A stretch of 64,000 bases of DNA from an uncultured delta proteobacterium (GTDB lineage: Bacteria; Desulfobacterota; BSN033; UBA1163): the NCBI GenBank assembly GCA_963708295.1, contig CAVPSJ010000014.1, positions 192,001-256,000 of the forward strand, read 5' to 3'. The position numbers were made by a program, and so were the translations under genes. A model generated the notes under the pieces. The model was not told where the DNA came from. It was given only the letters and a program-made list of their open reading frames with translations, and ran no database searches. Shown here piece by piece: positions 20,111-30,268 of this stretch (its first letter is position 1; each line of letters opens with the position of its first letter).

Positions 20111-21418
20111 CTATCTCACAAGATCTGACAAAACCAAAACGGTCCAGTAGGGGGAGAGACATAGGAGAATATTTGCAATGATGTAAGTCGGTATGTAGTA
20201 TACGGCGCCTCTGAAGACAGTTCCGATGGGAATATCCTTGGCCATCCCGGCGACGACATAACAACAGATCCCGATCGGTGGCATAAGGGCTCCCATGGTG
20301 GTGGTGATCGTAATGATCTGCCCATACCAGATCGGGTCATAACCCATTCCCTGGACGATCGGGTAGAAGATGGGGAGGGAGATTAAGAGAAAAGCCAACG
20401 CATCCATGACGCAACCGCCGATCATATAGCAGAAGAGGATGATCCAGAGGAGCATCCAATTTGGCAACGCGAGCGTACTGATCCACGATGCGGCTTCGAA
20501 GGGGAGCCGGGTCACGGCAAGAAAACGGCCAAAAATCGTAGCGCCAGCAACAATCATAAAAACCAGGCATGAAATACGAAGCGTGTCAACACAGGAAGCA
20601 ACAAATCCCTTCCATGTCAGTTTTTTTCTTATAATACAGATAATCAGGCCCACAGCGCTGCTTGCGGCCGCAGCCTCTGTCGCGGTTACCATCCCCGTAA
20701 AGAGAGCAACCATGATGATAAGAAATAGGATGACGATATCGATCGCATCGGGAAGGGACCTCCATCTTTCTTTCCAGGTACTTTTAGGCCCTTTTGGACC
20801 CCAGTCCGGATGTCGATAACAGATGTAGACGACGGTGGCTGCAATTAAAATGGTCAGGATGGCACTGGGGATCACATTTCCGAAAAATAGTTTACCAATG
20901 GACTGTCCGGTGTAGATTGCATAAACAACCAGTACAATACTCGGAGGGATCATGACGCCGAGGGTGGAGCCAGCCACGACCGACCCTGCACTGAGCATCG
21001 GATGGTAGTTATACTTTTTCATTTCCGGGATGGCCACGGTACTCATGGTTGCCGCCGTTGCCGTATTTGAGCCGCTGATGGCCGAAAAAGCAGCACAGGC
21101 CATAATCGTGGTGATCGCTAAACCGCCTTTATAATGGCCGAACCATTTGTAGGTCGTAAAATAGAGCGTATTATTATAGCCTCCGTAGTGGGCAAATTCT
21201 CCCACCAGGATGAACATCGGAATGACCGTCAGGCCATAATTCGAGAAGATATTCCACATATCGGTGCCGATCATTCCAAAGGCTGCTTTGAAACCGGCCA
21301 CATAACTAAACCCTAAGAACCCAACCAATGCCATCGTAAACCCGACGGGGATCCTGAGCAGGAAAAGAACGACGAACATGAGTAGAATTCCGTAGACTCC
21401 AACGATCGGACCTTCCAT
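20111..21418 (-). CDS. dctM: TRAP transporter large permease
   Basis: Polytopic membrane protein with SGSNTATAA, GSTLGVMIPPSI, MPPIG. Confidence 0.92.
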   Translation of the reverse strand: MEGPIVGVYGILLMFVVLFLLRIPVGFTMALVGFLGFSYVAGFKAAFGMIGTDMWNIFSNYGLTVIPMFILVGEFAHYGGYNNTLYFTTYKWFGHYKGGLAITTIMACAAFSAISGSNTATAATMSTVAIPEMKKYNYHPMLSAGSVVAGSTLGVMIPPSIVLVVYAIYTGQSIGKLFFGNVIPSAILTILIAATVVYICYRHPDWGPKGPKSTWKERWRSLPDAIDIVILFLIIMVALFTGMVTATEAAAASSAVGLIICIIRKKLTWKGFVASCVDTLRISCLVFMIVAGATIFGRFLAVTRLPFEAASWISTLALPNWMLLWIILFCYMIGGCVMDALAFLLISLPIFYPIVQGMGYDPIWYGQIITITTTMGALMPPIGICCYVVAGMAKDIPIGTVFRGAVYYIPTYIIANILLCLSPYWTVLVLSDLVR

Positions 21419-21497
21419 CTCCTATTCAGTCCTCCTTGCTCTTGAAGTTAATCCGCAATTCGCAATCCGCATTCCGCAATTGACTTCCATCCTTCAG

Positions 21498-21986
21498 TCA
21501 GTCCTCCTTGCTTTTCAAGTTCTTGACAAAATCGATAATCAGTGTGAGGGAGAAGACTGCGAATCCGAAGGAAACGCTGTAGATAAAAGGATGGAAAATG
21601 ATTTTCAATGTTTCCGAAACCTCTCCTGATTTCGATATCTTCATGCCCCAGACGAATACCTGCCAGGAGATGATGGCAAAGAAAATCATCGTAATGAAAT
21701 AATTGATCCCGTCGAGAACGCGATTGACCCGCTTCGGAAACTTTTCTGTCAAGATGTCGACAACGATATGATCTTTTCTTTTCTGGGTGTAGCCGAGTGC
21801 AAAGGCGATGACGATGGCTCCTAAGAACCCAACGGTTTCATAAGCTCCTCGCCAGGTCGATTTAATAAAGGGGACTCTCAAGAAGGCATTCGTTGTGGCG
21901 ATGGCCATAAGGAGGAGTACGGCGACACTGCCTAAGACCATCAGGATTTTGTTGAGGAAATCATTTATCCTTTCGAGAGTATGCAT
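21498..21986 (-). CDS. dctQ: TRAP transporter small permease
   Basis: Four TM segments, HIVVDIL motif, lies between dctP and dctM. Confidence 0.9.
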   Translation of the reverse strand: MHTLERINDFLNKILMVLGSVAVLLLMAIATTNAFLRVPFIKSTWRGAYETVGFLGAIVIAFALGYTQKRKDHIVVDILTEKFPKRVNRVLDGINYFITMIFFAIISWQVFVWGMKISKSGEVSETLKIIFHPFIYSVSFGFAVFSLTLIIDFVKNLKSKED

Positions 21987-22023
21987 TCTTTTCCCTCGCC
22001 CCAATCTCCACAGACTCATCGGT

Positions 22024-22239
22024 AAGGCGGTTGGGTGTGCTTAGGCGGCCCAAAATAAAATAGACAATTACCATTGCCGGGCGATTTATCGCTCATACCT
22101 TTACAGCGGTACCTTTAAACGTTTGGCCCTCCTCATTTTCAGACACATCCTAGGCCCCCTCCAGCTGACATCGCGTGTTACCCATAAAACATCGTAAAAA
22201 ACCGCTTGGTAAAGATTGGAAAGCATACTCAACCGCCTT
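22024..22239. mobile_element. MITE-like element with 19-bp terminal inverted repeats
   Basis: AAGGCGGTTGGGTGTGCTT / AAGCATACTCAACCGCCTT (2 mismatches). A partial relative lies at about 27567-27620. Confidence 0.65.
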
Positions 22240-22300
22240 TTTCATAACAATATCTGGATAAATAGGGTGCACGGAGAATCCCCGGGCACCCTATGGTTCT

Positions 22301-23323
22301 TTACTTGTACTGCTTTTCGTACTTTTCTTTCAACGCGTAGACATCCTTCATGATCTGACTGCCTGGCAGCCCCGCTTTCGTCACTCTCTCGACGTAGGTG
22401 TCGATCAGGGGTTTAATGAGTTTGGATACCTCTGCGTTTTCGCCGGCAGGAAGTTCAAAGATCTGAAGGTTATATTTTTCTTTTGACCACTTGAGGGACT
22501 CCTGGACATGGTTGTCGACATAGTTCCCTGTCCAGAGCGCCCATTCCTTTTTCATGTCATCGATCACTTTCTTTACGTCGGCAGGCAGTGCGTCCCACTT
22601 CCCCTTATTCATCACCACGCTGAAGGTGACCACCCACAGGTTTGCGATGGTTGCATTCGCTGTGTAGGAAGCGTAGTTAAAGTCTTTGAGGACTTCCATG
22701 GAAGAGACATGGCCCTTTACTGTCCCCTTCTGGAGCGCCTCGGGTGTGTCGGACTGCGGCATGGCGACCGGTATCCCACCCAGATTCTTTATGATGTCTG
22801 CTTGAGTTCCCCCCACCCTCAATTCGAGTCCCTTTAGGTCCTTAAGGGATTTCACCGGCTTGATGGTCATGATATTCGCCGGGGGGCATGTGAACAAGGT
22901 GATGATCTTCACCTGTTCAAACTCTTTGGGCTTATATTTTTCGATAAGATCATAAAGGGCGAGGCTTGCGGCTTTTGCACTTGAGAATCCGACAGGTTGA
23001 TCAATCGCCTCCGAGACAGGGAAACGGCCGGGTTGGTAGCTCATCGCCAAACAACCGATGTCCGCTGTTCCGGAGATGACCCCTTCGAACATGTTTTTCG
23101 GATTGAGCAGCGTGCTGCCGGGGAAGGTTTGGATGGCCACCTTTCCGCCGGTCCTCTTCTCAACCTCTTTTTTCCATTCCTCCATTTGGACACATGGGAA
23201 AGTTGGAGCTGGGGGGAAGTTTGCATAAGTCAATTTAATCTGGGCCTGGACAGGGACGGATAATACACTGATCCCCAACAAGAAGGCCGCTAATACCATC
23301 ATGGACATGCTCTTTTGTTTCAT
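22301..23323 (-). CDS. dctP: TRAP substrate-binding protein
   Basis: Signal peptide, EKRTGGKV..FPGSTL, DLKGLELR, LGGIPVAMP..EALQKG. Confidence 0.92.
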   Translation of the reverse strand: MKQKSMSMMVLAAFLLGISVLSVPVQAQIKLTYANFPPAPTFPCVQMEEWKKEVEKRTGGKVAIQTFPGSTLLNPKNMFEGVISGTADIGCLAMSYQPGRFPVSEAIDQPVGFSSAKAASLALYDLIEKYKPKEFEQVKIITLFTCPPANIMTIKPVKSLKDLKGLELRVGGTQADIIKNLGGIPVAMPQSDTPEALQKGTVKGHVSSMEVLKDFNYASYTANATIANLWVVTFSVVMNKGKWDALPADVKKVIDDMKKEWALWTGNYVDNHVQESLKWSKEKYNLQIFELPAGENAEVSKLIKPLIDTYVERVTKAGLPGSQIMKDVYALKEKYEKQYK

Positions 23324-23364
23324 TTTCTCTAGACCTCCTTTCTAAGTCTGATGAGCCATTCGCC

Positions 23365-23396
23365 GTATACTGTATACAATAAACCCGATTTGTCAA
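23365..23396 (-). promoter_or_regulatory. dctP promoter with GntR-type operator
   Basis: TTGACA-16-TACAGT overlapped by TGTATACAGTATAC. Confidence 0.7.
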
Positions 23397-23442
23397 GCTT
23401 TTTCTTGAGTGCTCCCACCTCCTTTTTTTGATTTAAATCGCA

Positions 23443-23961
23443 TCATATTTCTCCGATGGTTCGTTCGGTTTCCCCGTAAGGAAGCGGAACGATAAACACC
23501 GGTCTTCTGGCTCGATCCAATACCGAGCGGGCTACACTCCCCAGAAAGGTCTGTTTCAAGAACCCCTTTCCATGGGTTCCGAGAACGATCATGCTGCAGT
23601 CCTCATCGTCCGCTGCCTTCAATATCTCCTCAACAGGATATCCCGGACGGACCAGGATGCTCGAAACCTGGGCAAGGCATTGAGGAGCCTCTTGGGTTTC
23701 TTGCTTACAAAATTCCTGTAACCGTTTTTTAATCCGTTCAATGGCTATATCTTGCTCATATTTGATCTTTTCTTCCCATTTAGACTCATCCACATAAATT
23801 TTCATATAATGTTTTGCCATGGAGGGAATGGGCTCAATAACATGTAAAATGACAATCGCTGCATCATATTTTTCCGCCATCTTTGTGGCATATCGAAATG
23901 CATAGACAGAGTTCTTACTCAGGTCGGTCGCATAGAGGATTTTCGTTATTTGTGGGACCAT
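23443..23961 (-). CDS. Universal stress protein
   Basis: KILYATDLS, IVLGTHGKG..FLGSVA..VL..PV. Confidence 0.92.
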   Translation of the reverse strand: MVPQITKILYATDLSKNSVYAFRYATKMAEKYDAAIVILHVIEPIPSMAKHYMKIYVDESKWEEKIKYEQDIAIERIKKRLQEFCKQETQEAPQCLAQVSSILVRPGYPVEEILKAADDEDCSMIVLGTHGKGFLKQTFLGSVARSVLDRARRPVFIVPLPYGETERTIGEI

Positions 23962-24052
23962 CTGTCACTCCAAAGAAAATGGCTAAGGGTTCAAGGGTTA
24001 CGGGCCAAATCTCTTCTGTTCCGCATTCCACATTCTGCATTCCGCATTCGAT

Positions 24053-25345
24053 TCAGATGCCCCGGTTGTCAAAAACTCGTTTGCTCTTCCGCTCCGATCT
24101 CGGAAGGCTTCCGTAGTTCACGATCTCCACTTTGCCGCTGACCAGAATCTGTTTCTTAATTTCCTCTTCAATCGATCTGACCAGGACGGGATCTTCCGCC
24201 GAAAGACCCCCTTCCGTCCTTTCGACCTTGATCGTCATGTAGTCCTTACCGTCTTCTTTCTGGTCAAGGTGAATCTGGTATTCACTCCCCACGCCCTTGG
24301 TGTTGGATAGGATATGATCAATCTGGCCGGGGTAGATGTTGACGGCCCGGATAATAAACATATCGTCCGAACGGCCCAACAATCGGTCATGCATCGGAAG
24401 TACGGAGCCACAAGAGCACCGCTTCGGAATGAGTCTGGTGAGGTCCCGGGTCCGGTAGCGGACAAGAGGGGCAGCTTCTTTCCGAAGGGTCGTGATCACC
24501 ATTTCTCCCGTCTCTCCGGGTGGAACGGGAAGAAGCGTTTCAGGGTCGAGAAGTTCAAGAATGTAGTAGTCTGCCCAGTAATGGATGCCCTCATGATAGA
24601 TGCAATCAAGGCCGGTGCCGGGGCCGTAGAGTTCGGTCAATCCGGGAATATCGAAGACGTGCTCCACGCCCAGAAGCTCCTTCATCTTCTTTCTCTGGGA
24701 ATCGCTCGAACGCTCAGAGCCCATGATCACTTTTTTGAGAGCGATCTTATTCCTCAGGCTCCTCTTTTCGATTTCCTCTGCCATGAGGATGCCCATCGAG
24801 GCGGTGCAGCATAAGACGGTCGATTGGAAGTCTTCCAGGAACTGACATTGCATGTCGATATTGCCCGGACCCACGGGAATGGCCATCGCCCCCAAACGTT
24901 CTACCCCTAGCTGAAAACCAACTCCCGCCGTCCATACGCCGTATCCTACTGCAATCTGGACCCGGTCCTTGGTCGTCAATCCAGCCATTTCATAACAGCG
25001 GGCAAACATGTTGGCCCAGTCCTGAATATCCTTCTGTGTGTAGCAGAGGACCTTTCGTTTTCCGGTCGTTCCCGAGGAAGCATGGATTCGAACAATCTTC
25101 TCAAAAGGGATGGATCTCAGCGGAAAAGGGTATCCCTCCTGAAGGTCTTTCGAGGTGGTGAAGGGAAGTCTAGAGATATCCTTGAGAGATTTGACTTGAC
25201 GGGGCTTCACTCCCGCCTCCTCAAATCGTTTTCGATAGAATTCGGAATTCTTATAAACATGGTTTATCGTCCATTGAAGCCCTTCCGTCTGAACCCGCTT
25301 CAGCTCCCTCTCTGTCCTGATTTTAGGCATGAAGGTTCGTCCCAT
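24053..25345 (-). CDS. paaK: Phenylacetate-CoA ligase family protein
   Basis: RIHASSGTTGK, GLTELYGPG, RYRTRD, GRSDDM, KSKRVFD. Confidence 0.88.
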   Translation of the reverse strand: MGRTFMPKIRTERELKRVQTEGLQWTINHVYKNSEFYRKRFEEAGVKPRQVKSLKDISRLPFTTSKDLQEGYPFPLRSIPFEKIVRIHASSGTTGKRKVLCYTQKDIQDWANMFARCYEMAGLTTKDRVQIAVGYGVWTAGVGFQLGVERLGAMAIPVGPGNIDMQCQFLEDFQSTVLCCTASMGILMAEEIEKRSLRNKIALKKVIMGSERSSDSQRKKMKELLGVEHVFDIPGLTELYGPGTGLDCIYHEGIHYWADYYILELLDPETLLPVPPGETGEMVITTLRKEAAPLVRYRTRDLTRLIPKRCSCGSVLPMHDRLLGRSDDMFIIRAVNIYPGQIDHILSNTKGVGSEYQIHLDQKEDGKDYMTIKVERTEGGLSAEDPVLVRSIEEEIKKQILVSGKVEIVNYGSLPRSERKSKRVFDNRGI

Positions 25346-25429
25346 GAGTTATCCCCCGACTGTCTTATTCTTCGAACGCTTATGAATGTGCTTATAAAAA
25401 ATATCGGTTATTGACGATGGCCATAATAC

Positions 25430-25508
25430 CGTCATTCCGGTGGAAACCGGAATCCAGAACGTGATGAAAGATGAAGTCTCCTGGACTCCGGCTTTCGCCG
25501 GAGTGACG
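25430..25508. repeat. REP-like palindrome (GTCATTCCGG..GGAATCCA type)
   Basis: CGTCATTCCGGTGGAAACCGGAATCCAG..CTGGACTCCGGCTTTCGCCGGAGTGACG. Relatives at about 9500-9527 and 31962-32067. Confidence 0.75.
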
Positions 25509-25568
25509 AGTGAATGCTCTCGTGGATTTATATTTTATAGGAAACCCTTCTTATCCTCTATGACCTGT

Positions 25569-27302
25569 TTATACCCTCCTCAAAGACTCTCTGAGCTTTC
25601 GGGTTGCCTCCTCGTCAAGCGCCAGGGTTTTGGGATGGAGGATGACCCCATAATCCTCCATGGCCTTTTCAAGAGTCACATATCCTTCGACCACATCGCG
25701 CTTTACCCCTTCAGGTTCACGGTCCAGCGGATTTCCATAGCCTCCTCCACCGGCGGCATCGATGGTCACGACATCACCGGGTTTGAGCTGCGTTAGCCCG
25801 AAAGGATTTCCGGGCGCCCCGTTTACCAGAAACTGTGCTCTCGCTCCGGGTTTGCCGCCGTAGAGTCCCTCCGGAGGATGGATGTGCCTTCCCGCCTGTA
25901 TCCCTAAGTTTACAGGCGGAAGAGGGGCATACTGGTCATCGGGCACTCTAAAAACTTCTCTTTGCCCAATTCCTCCTTTCATCCTGCCCGGGCCCCCCGA
26001 ATCGGGAAGGAGTTCCCTGTTTTCCACAAGGAGGGGCGTGTCGCTTTCGAAAATCTCGATCGGCGTATTCGCACCGTTCGCAGGGAAGATGTAGACGTAA
26101 TTTCCATCGCTGACGGAGCTCGCTCCCATTCCGCCGCCCCGGATGACCACGGAATGCCATGGCCTTCCGTCATTCCTTCTCCCGTAGAAGACGTTCATCT
26201 GGGCAGGCGTGCCCCCGCTTGCAGCAATCACCTTGTTCGGTGCGACGTTGGAGAGGGCTCTGTAAATGATCTCCGTGATGTAATGCCCGATCACGAGCCG
26301 GGCCGCCACGGCCGCAGGAAATTTGCAGTGGACCACCGTCCCCTCCGGGGCCTTCAATGTGACGGGTCTTGCGCAGCCGTCATTGTTGGGGATATCCGGC
26401 CCAAACATGCTCTTGACGCCATGAACACATACGCATAGGTGAAGTTGTAGACCACGTTGCCGCCCCAGTGGACCTGAGGAGAAGACCCGTCGAGGTCCAC
26501 CGATGATATCGCTTCCTTTTACTTCAACGGCGGCTTTAATCAGCACATCCTGCTTGCCCCTTCATCTGTTCGATGATGCCTTCCGCGCGGTAAATGCCGT
26601 CGGGAATCTTCTCGATCTCCTCTCTCATGCTCTTCTCTGTTCTGCCGATGACCTCATCTGCGAGGTCATCCAGGTTCTCCAAATCGTTTTCCTGAGCATC
26701 TGGCCAATCTTCTCCGAGCACACATGATTGGCTGCGATCTGGGAGCGGATATCTCCGATCACCTCATCGGGCGTGCGCACATTCCAGCGAATCATGTCCA
26801 GCACTGAATGATTGAGCACCCCTCCGTCATAGAGCTTCACGAGGGGAATGAAGAGTCCTTCCTCGAAGACATCATGGTTGTCCGAGGAGACGCGACCGCC
26901 GATATCCGAATGATGAAACACGCAGGCCGTGAAGGCCACTACCTTATTTTTGTAGAAGATCGGGCTCATCACGCAGACATCGTTCAGATGGCCGGCCAGG
27001 GCCCAGGGGTCGTTGGTGATGAAGATATCGCCGGGTTTGTAAGCTTCCAAAGGGAGTTTGGCGACGAGATTCTTGATTCCGAGGGCCATGGCTCCGGATT
27101 GGCCGGGAGTTGCAAATGACCCTTGTGCAAGTTCCCGACCTTTCTGATCCGTGAACATGCAGGTGTAGTCGTGGGCGTCCCTCAACAGGCTTGAAAAGGC
27201 CGTTCGGGCAACGGAGCTATCGGACTCATCCACGATGGAGATCAATCTTCGCCAGAGTATTTCCAATGTGATTGGATCGAATACGCGTCCCCTCCGTCCC
27301 AT
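25569..27302 (-). CDS. Hydantoinase B/oxoprolinase family protein (several frameshifts around 26400-26700)
   Basis: DPITLEILW, NDPWALAGHLND, HHSDIGG, NTPIEIFE, DSGGPGR, GGGGYGNP across consecutive frames. Confidence 0.85.
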
Positions 27303-27315
27303 CTCATTCCTCCTG

Positions 27316-27500
27316 TCAGGTTGTTAAGAAACGCCCATCTGCGGCGTATCTCTCATCCTTCGTCGTTGCGGAGTACTGCTTAGTACACCTCAAGCCGGCT
27401 CACCCACTCACCGGCGTGGCAAGAAGTCGCTCCTTATTCGTTGCGACGCCACTCTCAGGATTTCGAGAGCCTTGCATCTGGGCATTTCTTAGCAACCTGA
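27316..27500. mobile_element. MITE with about 27-bp terminal inverted repeats
   Basis: TCAGGTTGTTAAGAAACGCCCATCTGC versus reverse-complemented right end TCAGGTTGCTAAGAAATGCCCAGATGC; contains GTCGCTCCTTATTCGTTGCGAC. Confidence 0.75.
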
Positions 27501-27637
27501 AGAAATTGTTTTCTCAACACCGCATCCAAACCAGCACACTCGGTGAACAAAAATCGTTCCCAGAATAAAACACTTCAAGATGCGCTTCGTAAAGGTCTGG
27601 AAGTGCCCTCAACCGCCTTTCCACTGCAGTCACTGGG

Positions 27638-29835
27638 TTAACGCTTCGATTTTCCCCGGGCCGAAGTCTTGGGTTTTTCCCTCGTGGATGGGGGCCGACT
27701 TTTTTGACCTTGCCCCATGGGAGCGGGCTCTGGTGTTCTCGAAATATCAATCCACAGAAATCCAAAGTCATCCACTGAAACCGAGGCGTTCTCGCCGACG
27801 ATGACGGTCGATTCTTTCTCTTCAATGATCGCAGGGCCTTTAAACTTTGCTTTCGGAAAAAGTTTGTATCGATCGTAGACCGTGTAGGGGATGAAATCCC
27901 TGGCCACAGGAGAGTAAGCCTTGCGCTTTCCTTTGATCGCCCGATCAGGAGACTTCCCCTTGCTTTCAAGTTTCGGGAACTTGAATCAAGCCGTTCAGGA
28001 AGACTCGCTCTCACCTTGAAGTTGATGAATTCCACTTCCGAGTCAGGATAGGTTCTTCCGTAGAGCTTTTCATAGACTTGATCAAAGCGCCGGCCGGACT
28101 CCTTCTTTCTTCATCCTGGCGAAGTCTCCTCCGGCGACCGGGACGTTGGTTTCCGATCCCTGCCCGACAAACCGCATATCCAGGGATCTCTCGAATCTGA
28201 ATCTCTTTTTCGCTGCCTGCTTTCTTGAGAGATTCTTGTCGCCTCCGCTTCCAGCCCCGGAAGATCTTTTCAACTTCATTAAAATGGGCAGCCGCCAGGG
28301 ACACCTTATGGCTCCTCACAAGGTCAAAGGCTCGAGGAGCAGTGAAGAAGCCGAGGGCCGAATCCGACTCCTGCATTCGGCGGAACGAGCAAGCTCGGCG
28401 CTCCCAGTTTCTTGCGCAAGGCCATAAGCATGCACCGGCCCTGCTCCGCCGAAAGCCACGACCGTGACGATCTTGGGGTTTCCGCCCTTTTCGGCAATGT
28501 GCGTTTTCGCTGCAGCGGCCATGGTCTCGTTGATGAGATCATGGATTCCCCAGATGGCCTGAATAAAGGAGACCCCCAGAGGCTTGGCGATCTTTTCCGT
28601 CGACGCCACGTCTGGCAGCCTCCTTGTCGAGCTTCATTTCGCCGCCCAGGAAGTAGTTCTCGTCGAGATAGCCCAATAAGAGGTCGGCATCGGTGACGCA
28701 TGGGTCTTGTCCCTCCATCTCGCGTAACAGATGGGCCCGGGGTCTGCGCCCGAGCTTTCCGGCCCCACCTGAAGTGTTCCCAGTTCTGCTCACTTTGGCA
28801 ATGCTCCCGCCTCCCGCTCCGATCTCCATCAAGTCAACCACGGGCACCTGAATGGTCAGGCCGCTCCCCTTCATGAACCGTTGGACCCGGCCGACCTCGA
28901 AGGTCGGGCACGACACCGGCCACCCCTCGTTGAATCAGGCAGGACTTGGCGGTTGTCCCTCCCATGTCAAAACAGAACATTTCTGAAAGGCTGAAGAGTT
29001 TGCCATAGTACTGGCCCGCGATCACTGCCGCGGTCGGACCGGATTCGATGATCCTAACGGGAAACTGGGCGGCCGTATCAACGGACGTCACCCCGCCGCT
29101 TGAAAGCATGATGAAAAGCTTTCCTTTGCAACCAACGGACTCCAGCCTACCGGACAACTTGGAAAGGTATCTTTCGGTCAGAGGCTTGACATAGGCGTTG
29201 GTCACTGTGGTGCTGGTCCTCTCATACTCCCTGATCTGCGGTAAAACCTGATAGGAGATGGAGATCGATATTCCGGGAGCCTCCTTCTCGATGATCTCTT
29301 TGATCATGAGTTCGTGGGTTGGGTTTTCAAAGGAATTGATGAGACAGACGGCGATCGATTCTACGCCCATGTTGAGGAGAGACCGGACCCGTTGACTCGC
29401 CTCCCCGGGATCGAGGGGCTTTAGGACCGTCCCGTCGCTCCGAATCCGTTCGTCCACTTCGACGCGGAATTGTCTCGGGATCAAGGGTTTGGGGAATTCA
29501 GCGAAAACATCGTAAGGCGCATACCGTATCCCCCTCCCGATTTCCAAAACATCCTTGAAGCCCTTTGTGGTGATGAGACCTGTTTTGGCGCCCTTTCTCT
29601 CGATAATAGAGTTGATGACGAGGGTTGTCCCATGGATCACTTCGTCCATCTTTTCTACAAAGGCCGGTGTGTTTTTCTCCATTTCTCTGATGCCATGCTC
29701 CACGGCATCGGAGGGATCTTTAGGAGTGGTCAGACACTTGTAGATCTTCAGCTCTCCGGTTTGATCGTTCAGCAGGACGAAGTCGGTGAAGGTGCCGCCG
29801 ATGTCGCAGCCTAATCGATAGAGGTTTCCAGCCAT
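27638..29835 (-). CDS. Hydantoinase A/oxoprolinase family protein (many frameshifts between about 27900 and 28920)
   Basis: DIGGTFTD, HGTT, SGPTAA, DMGGTT, IGAGGGSIA, VTDADL, FGGAGPVHA, LDMRFVGQ, GPAIIEE across consecutive frames. Confidence 0.85.
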
Positions 29836-29904
29836 GGATGCCTCCTGAATTCAAATTCGAAATCCGAATATTGACACCCCTGCCTTCGCGCAGGGTTCCT
29901 CCTT

Positions 29905-30161
29905 CTTGGATCCCTGGAGGTGAGATTATAGAACAGACCTGCATTCAAGGCATTAGAAAAAGTTTTTCGACGAGAGAGGATAGCCCGTTTGGGGAGTCCT
30001 GTTGTTCCTGAAGTATACCCGCGGTCAAGAAGGCGAGGGCAGAGTCGATTGGCGCGGAGGGTTAACTGCCGGTAGGTGAATGGACGATCTTCAAAGATTA
30101 GAGTTCTCTTGCGAGGTTGAAGAGAGTTCCATTTTCTTATCCAATCACCGACGTTGATCAC
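29905..30161 (-). pseudogene. Internally deleted acyl-CoA synthetase remnant
   Basis: The N-terminus (LIFEDRPFTYRQL..RANRL) is joined directly to the P-loop YTSGTTGLPK and then truncated. Confidence 0.75.
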
Positions 30162-30268
30162 GGGACCATTCAAGTATGGAATGCTGGAATACCGGGGAGA
30201 TGGGATAAGGGGTTTAAAGAATTTCCTCATTTATGGTCCAATCATCCGTCGTTCCGATATTCCGTGTT

